From Alloascoidea hylecoeti (Eukaryota): a DNA stretch of 64,000 bases. A program made the translations under genes and the position numbers. The notes under the pieces are model-generated. The model saw nothing but the letters and a program-made list of their open reading frames with translations, made no database searches and was not told the DNA's origin. Below are positions 59,887 through 64,000 of this stretch, in pieces; positions within the stretch are counted from its first letter, which is position 1; every line of letters starts with the position of its first letter. Where the stretch lies: positions 1,372,294-1,436,293 of the forward strand of contig BCKZ01000002.1 in assembly GCA_001600815.1 (NCBI GenBank), read 5' to 3'.

Positions 59887-61905
59887 TTATGGAGCTTCTA
59901 AAAGTTTAAAGTTTAATTCGTCATCAAATAACATAAACATATCTTCAGCACGAAAATCGTTATAACAACTAGGGCCCTCACCGAAACACTCTAGATCTCC
60001 AAGTTTTATATATCGATGTCTCTTTGTTTCAAAATCATAGCATATAAACATATAAACTTCTGAATGATCATTAATACGTTCAGAAGCTTCATTCTTATAA
60101 ACAAGATAATGAGCTAGTATTATGATCTTATTATTCCAAAAGTATTTGTAATCCATACAAAGCGCAAACCTTGATTTAAAATGAAACTTAGGAATATGAC
60201 CATAAGCTGCTAGATGTGGTACTTCTTGGGCATTTGCTCCGTAGCCGATTGGGATTTCAAAAATCGATTTCCATTTAATTTGCTCTGTTGGAATTTCCTT
60301 AAGCTTGAAATTTTTTTTCCTAAAAGGAATATAGAGTTCATTATCATTATTAAAATTATGGGAATCAATTTCAAGTTGGAAAGAAATATTCTTTATTAGC
60401 ATCTCATCAAATTTATCAACTTGGGATACTAGTAAAAAAGAATTAAGAGGCATAGCAAGTATCTTCTGAAGTAATGGTTCTACATATCCATTTAATATAG
60501 TCGCGGGAGCCTTTCGTTCAGATTCACATACAGAAGGTAAATGATCAGAAATGATTGTAAATACATTAGCTCCGTCTAGAAAGATCTGACCAGTTTGATT
60601 AATTCTCCAATCAATAAGTTCTGAACCTGGATTTGAACCAAAACGATTTTTCTCCATATTAAAGCAACCAACGTATTCTCCTGTTGATAAGTTAAGGACA
60701 TACCAAAATAAACTTCCATATGGATAATTTGAATTTGAGCGCGAATCCAGAGAAATATTCATTGTTATAATGTTGATGGGAATCATCACGAATTGATGAT
60801 CTAAAAATTGGATTTCAAGATCATCTTTAATACCTATAAAGATATCATCTGCCCTGACTTTAAGTTTTACCTTCCACATCCTTTTTGAAGTATTTCCTGA
60901 AATACTATCTTCCAATTGACGATTATAACAAGTAAAAGTAACAGCGTCACCAGTCAAACGTACATGTAAACCCGAATCCCAGAAATGAACTTCATTTAAA
61001 TACGCTAACATTTGTTTTTTATATTGAAAGCGTTTATCATCTAAGTCATCTTCCGATACTAATCCAACATTAATGAGATACTTTCCATGTGAAGTTGTAA
61101 ACTCATTAATATTATCTTTTAGTATATTTTTCACTTCCATTAACGTGCCAAGACTTGTTTCTGTTGCAATTGGTATATTCCATTTTCTAACTTCTTTTGC
61201 TATATAGCTTTCAGATAACGGATAGTTTGACGCCCGTGAAATTTTGACGGATGAACTTTTTTGACGAGGAAATGTCATTGTTCCGGAGTATTCAAATTCA
61301 CCATGTATCTGATAATCAAAACGTGAGAAAATTTCCTTAAATGAGAAAATTTTGACGTCAGCATCGATATTAATACTTTTAATAATATTATTATTGGGTA
61401 GAAGTTCCCAATGATGAATATCTCTGATTTCTAGCATTTTCAACCCTTCATGCTTATTTTTGATAGGGATTGACCGAATATCGATCTTATACTTAACTGT
61501 GGAGTAATCATCTAGCTTCATATTATCATTCTTAGCTCGGGGGTATTTACAACGATCAATCATATTTTCTAGGGTTGGAACACAAATAGCACATCTAGCA
61601 GATTCTGATTGTATAGTTGTTGTATCAAGGACATTAAATGTTTTAACCTTTTCCTGCTGCTTTGGATATAAATTATTTGTGATGGTTCGAATTTTATTTC
61701 TTATCTCTTCTCTGCTATAAGCTGACATATTTTGAGATGATTGAAATGTTAAAGCAATCTCTTCAAGTTTTAAAGCAGAAAAGGAATCTTCAACAACTTC
61801 ATAATATTCTTTACAAGTCGCACGAAAACTTAAAGAATCGAGAAATGATAAGTTATCAATAATTAAAAGTATGAGTTCAGGTGGAAGATCGTTTAATTGT
61901 CTCAT
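59887..61905 (-). CDS. F-box protein with unrecognised C-terminal region
   Basis: N-terminal LNDLPPELILLIIDNLSFLDSLSFRATCKEYYEVV is an F-box. 672-aa ORF. Confidence 0.8.
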   Translation of the reverse strand: MRQLNDLPPELILLIIDNLSFLDSLSFRATCKEYYEVVEDSFSALKLEEIALTFQSSQNMSAYSREEIRNKIRTITNNLYPKQQEKVKTFNVLDTTTIQSESARCAICVPTLENMIDRCKYPRAKNDNMKLDDYSTVKYKIDIRSIPIKNKHEGLKMLEIRDIHHWELLPNNNIIKSINIDADVKIFSFKEIFSRFDYQIHGEFEYSGTMTFPRQKSSSVKISRASNYPLSESYIAKEVRKWNIPIATETSLGTLMEVKNILKDNINEFTTSHGKYLINVGLVSEDDLDDKRFQYKKQMLAYLNEVHFWDSGLHVRLTGDAVTFTCYNRQLEDSISGNTSKRMWKVKLKVRADDIFIGIKDDLEIQFLDHQFVMIPINIITMNISLDSRSNSNYPYGSLFWYVLNLSTGEYVGCFNMEKNRFGSNPGSELIDWRINQTGQIFLDGANVFTIISDHLPSVCESERKAPATILNGYVEPLLQKILAMPLNSFLLVSQVDKFDEMLIKNISFQLEIDSHNFNNDNELYIPFRKKNFKLKEIPTEQIKWKSIFEIPIGYGANAQEVPHLAAYGHIPKFHFKSRFALCMDYKYFWNNKIIILAHYLVYKNEASERINDHSEVYMFICYDFETKRHRYIKLGDLECFGEGPSCYNDFRAEDMFMLFDDELNFKLLEAP

Positions 61906-62431
61906 TATAAATATGATAAGGTTTAGGAAGCAAAAATTGAGAGTAATATAGTTAAATAATTGTAGTTATATTCTTTAAGCTGAAGCGCCTATATTTTTAT
62001 TTAGAAGAAGTAGGAAAAGAAAAAAAATTCTTCTGGTATTTGTTTGCATCTTATAATTACCTGATCTTTTTTTTTTTTGAGTGTTAAGATATAAAGATCT
62101 ATTCCATACAACAATCTTATAATTACTTTTACACACAAAAACTATATCCGAAAGTTTTAAATACCTCCATCCGGGTTAGAATCTATTAGCATCCATACAC
62201 CCATAAACCTTATAATTATAATAATGTTAAAATTGGATATATTGAGATCAGAGGATATAAACGTAAATTTTATAAAAAGTGTGGTGACCAAACTCCAACT
62301 TTTCATCTCCGTTTAGTGTTATTAGTTATTAATTTAAATAAGCTTCTTAAGTTAAACAATTGGAACGACGCTATAAAATTATCCAGAATGAATATTAATA
62401 GATGTAACATGATCGATGATTTATTTTTTAT

Positions 62432-63382
62432 TTAGACATTGTCGATTTTCCTTTTTTTCAAAGGTTGTTCATCTTTTGCTGGTTCTTCTTCTACTTCTGT
62501 TTCCGTTTTCGTCTCACTAATACTGTCCTTAGCTCCATCAGTTTCAGCGTCGTCATGATCACTGTCATCTTCTTCATCACTGAGTTCAATTTCACCATCT
62601 TCATCATCATCATCTTCTTCTTCAAGTCTAGAAACTTGTTCACTATAGTATTTCACAGCATTTGGGAATATGTCTTCTGAAATTAATAAAGCCAAATCAG
62701 AAGCATTATGAAATTCTCCAAAGTTCTTCCCAGTATATGCAAACCATTTGAAGAAACTTTTACCTTTAGCAGGATTTTTCCCCTTTTTACCATTTTTCTT
62801 CGAAACCCATTTAATTTCAACTGGTTCAGATATTAATTCTGAAGCAATTTCGGGATCTTTATTTTTTTGGAATTTTTTTATCAAAACTTGATCTGATAAA
62901 TATTCACTACCTTTAAATTCAAATCTAATTGAAAAATCATCTGAGTTTGCATCATCAGATGTATCACGATCAACAAATATTTCTGTTAATGATTCTAAAA
63001 TCTCACCATCCGTTGGGGCCAAAATGAACTCTTCAAATGCCTCTATTTCATTAAGTACAATAGACCAAAAATCGGGAATATTTCGTAAAACTTCGCGTCG
63101 AGATTCAAATATTGGCTGAGTTTGTTTGATATGATAAGCAACTAGATAGATAGTTAAAAACAATGTAGATGTAAATATATGTGATGTTGAGAACTTACGC
63201 GACTTTCTTTCCGCTTTTTCGAGATCTTTTTCAATTCCAGCAAGTTTTGTAAGTTGTAGGTCTAGTCGAGAACTAGAAAATATTAGTTGACTAACCTTAC
63301 GAAAATTTCAATATGTTGCATACTCTTCAATATCTGAGGATTCTGAAACTGGGAGTTTCTCTTGGTTATTAGTTGTAGCCAT
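62432..63382 (-). CDS. NAP/SET-family histone chaperone, Vps75-like; 3 exons (63382-63324, 63272-63199, 63141-62432)
   Basis: PIFESRREVLRNIPDFWSIVL, SEPVEIKW, SFFKWF and EDIFPNAVKYY motifs. Acidic tail and NLS KKRK. Introns of 51 nt (GTATGC..AACTAAT..TAG) and 57 nt (GTAAGT..TTTTAAC..TAG) keep the frame. Confidence 0.85.
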
Positions 63383-64000
63383 CTTGATATTAGCGTGGGT
63401 AGGAGATGGAAAGATTTAAGTTTCTAGATGAATTGAGGATAGCTTTAATTAAGAAAAATTTTTAAATTTTTTAGCAATTTTCTATTGATAGTAGTCTATA
63501 TTTTCCTGATACTAATTTCAAAGAGCAAAAAGTGTTCAATCTTGTTTTTCAAAATTATTACAGTATTATTTATTAAGACATCAGTTATTCAGCTGCATAA
63601 GTGTGCCACTACCGCACGGTTTAGACCATAAAAGTATAAACGAAGTTGACATAGACCTGAAGTATAAAAAAGGTTTCTATCCAAAGAAAATTCTTTCTTT
63701 CGCCACTTAATACTTAATCAACATCCGGTAAATTTTATTTTGCGTATTTTTTTGCGTTTCTTTAAAAATCATTTGTATACTGTTGCAACCGAAATATTCA
63801 TAAATATCTTTGGCAACCTAATCTTTGATAGGGGTGTTTCGTCAATTAAAGTAGCAAAAAATTGTCTCACTCTGTATATCGTACAAGTTAATTCGTGTAC
63901 AGTAATAAATATTACAAATTCAAGGACAGTTGGGTTTATCTACAAAATCTGTTGTGTTCTTTTAATTTTAAACCCCAAGGTTCCTATTACAAAACATAGG

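Overview
Eukaryotic, AT-rich budding-yeast (Saccharomycotina-like) chromosomal DNA. It uses the standard code: CTG falls at conserved Leu positions. About 25 protein genes are present, including MET1 (5'-truncated), a HAD-IIA hydrolase, PIB2, a YBR287W-like auxin-efflux-family protein, SSL2, RHB1, MCA1, BIM1, RPS7, an ADH ending in a PTS1 (SRL), an SCP2 gene missed by the ORF track, KGD1, a She3-like protein, ASA1, SUI1, an F-box gene and a Vps75/NAP-like gene. I reconstructed 12 mostly short introns with unusually degenerate splice signals. Accessory DNA includes a tandem array of Dal5-family MFS permeases (two intact copies and one pseudogene) whose differences cluster in predicted pore helices. 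It also holds Tc1-like and pogo/Fot1-like transposon relics, a young MITE with 46-bp TIRs, an orphan secreted/membrane gene with a decayed paralog, and a 3.7-kb gene-free gap with a degenerate tandem repeat. Sharp GC-rich islands sit on promoters and 5' gene ends. No rRNA, tRNA or CRISPR was recognised. I cannot demonstrate a wholly new system; the best leads are ranked in findings. All homology calls are from motif recognition, not database searches.
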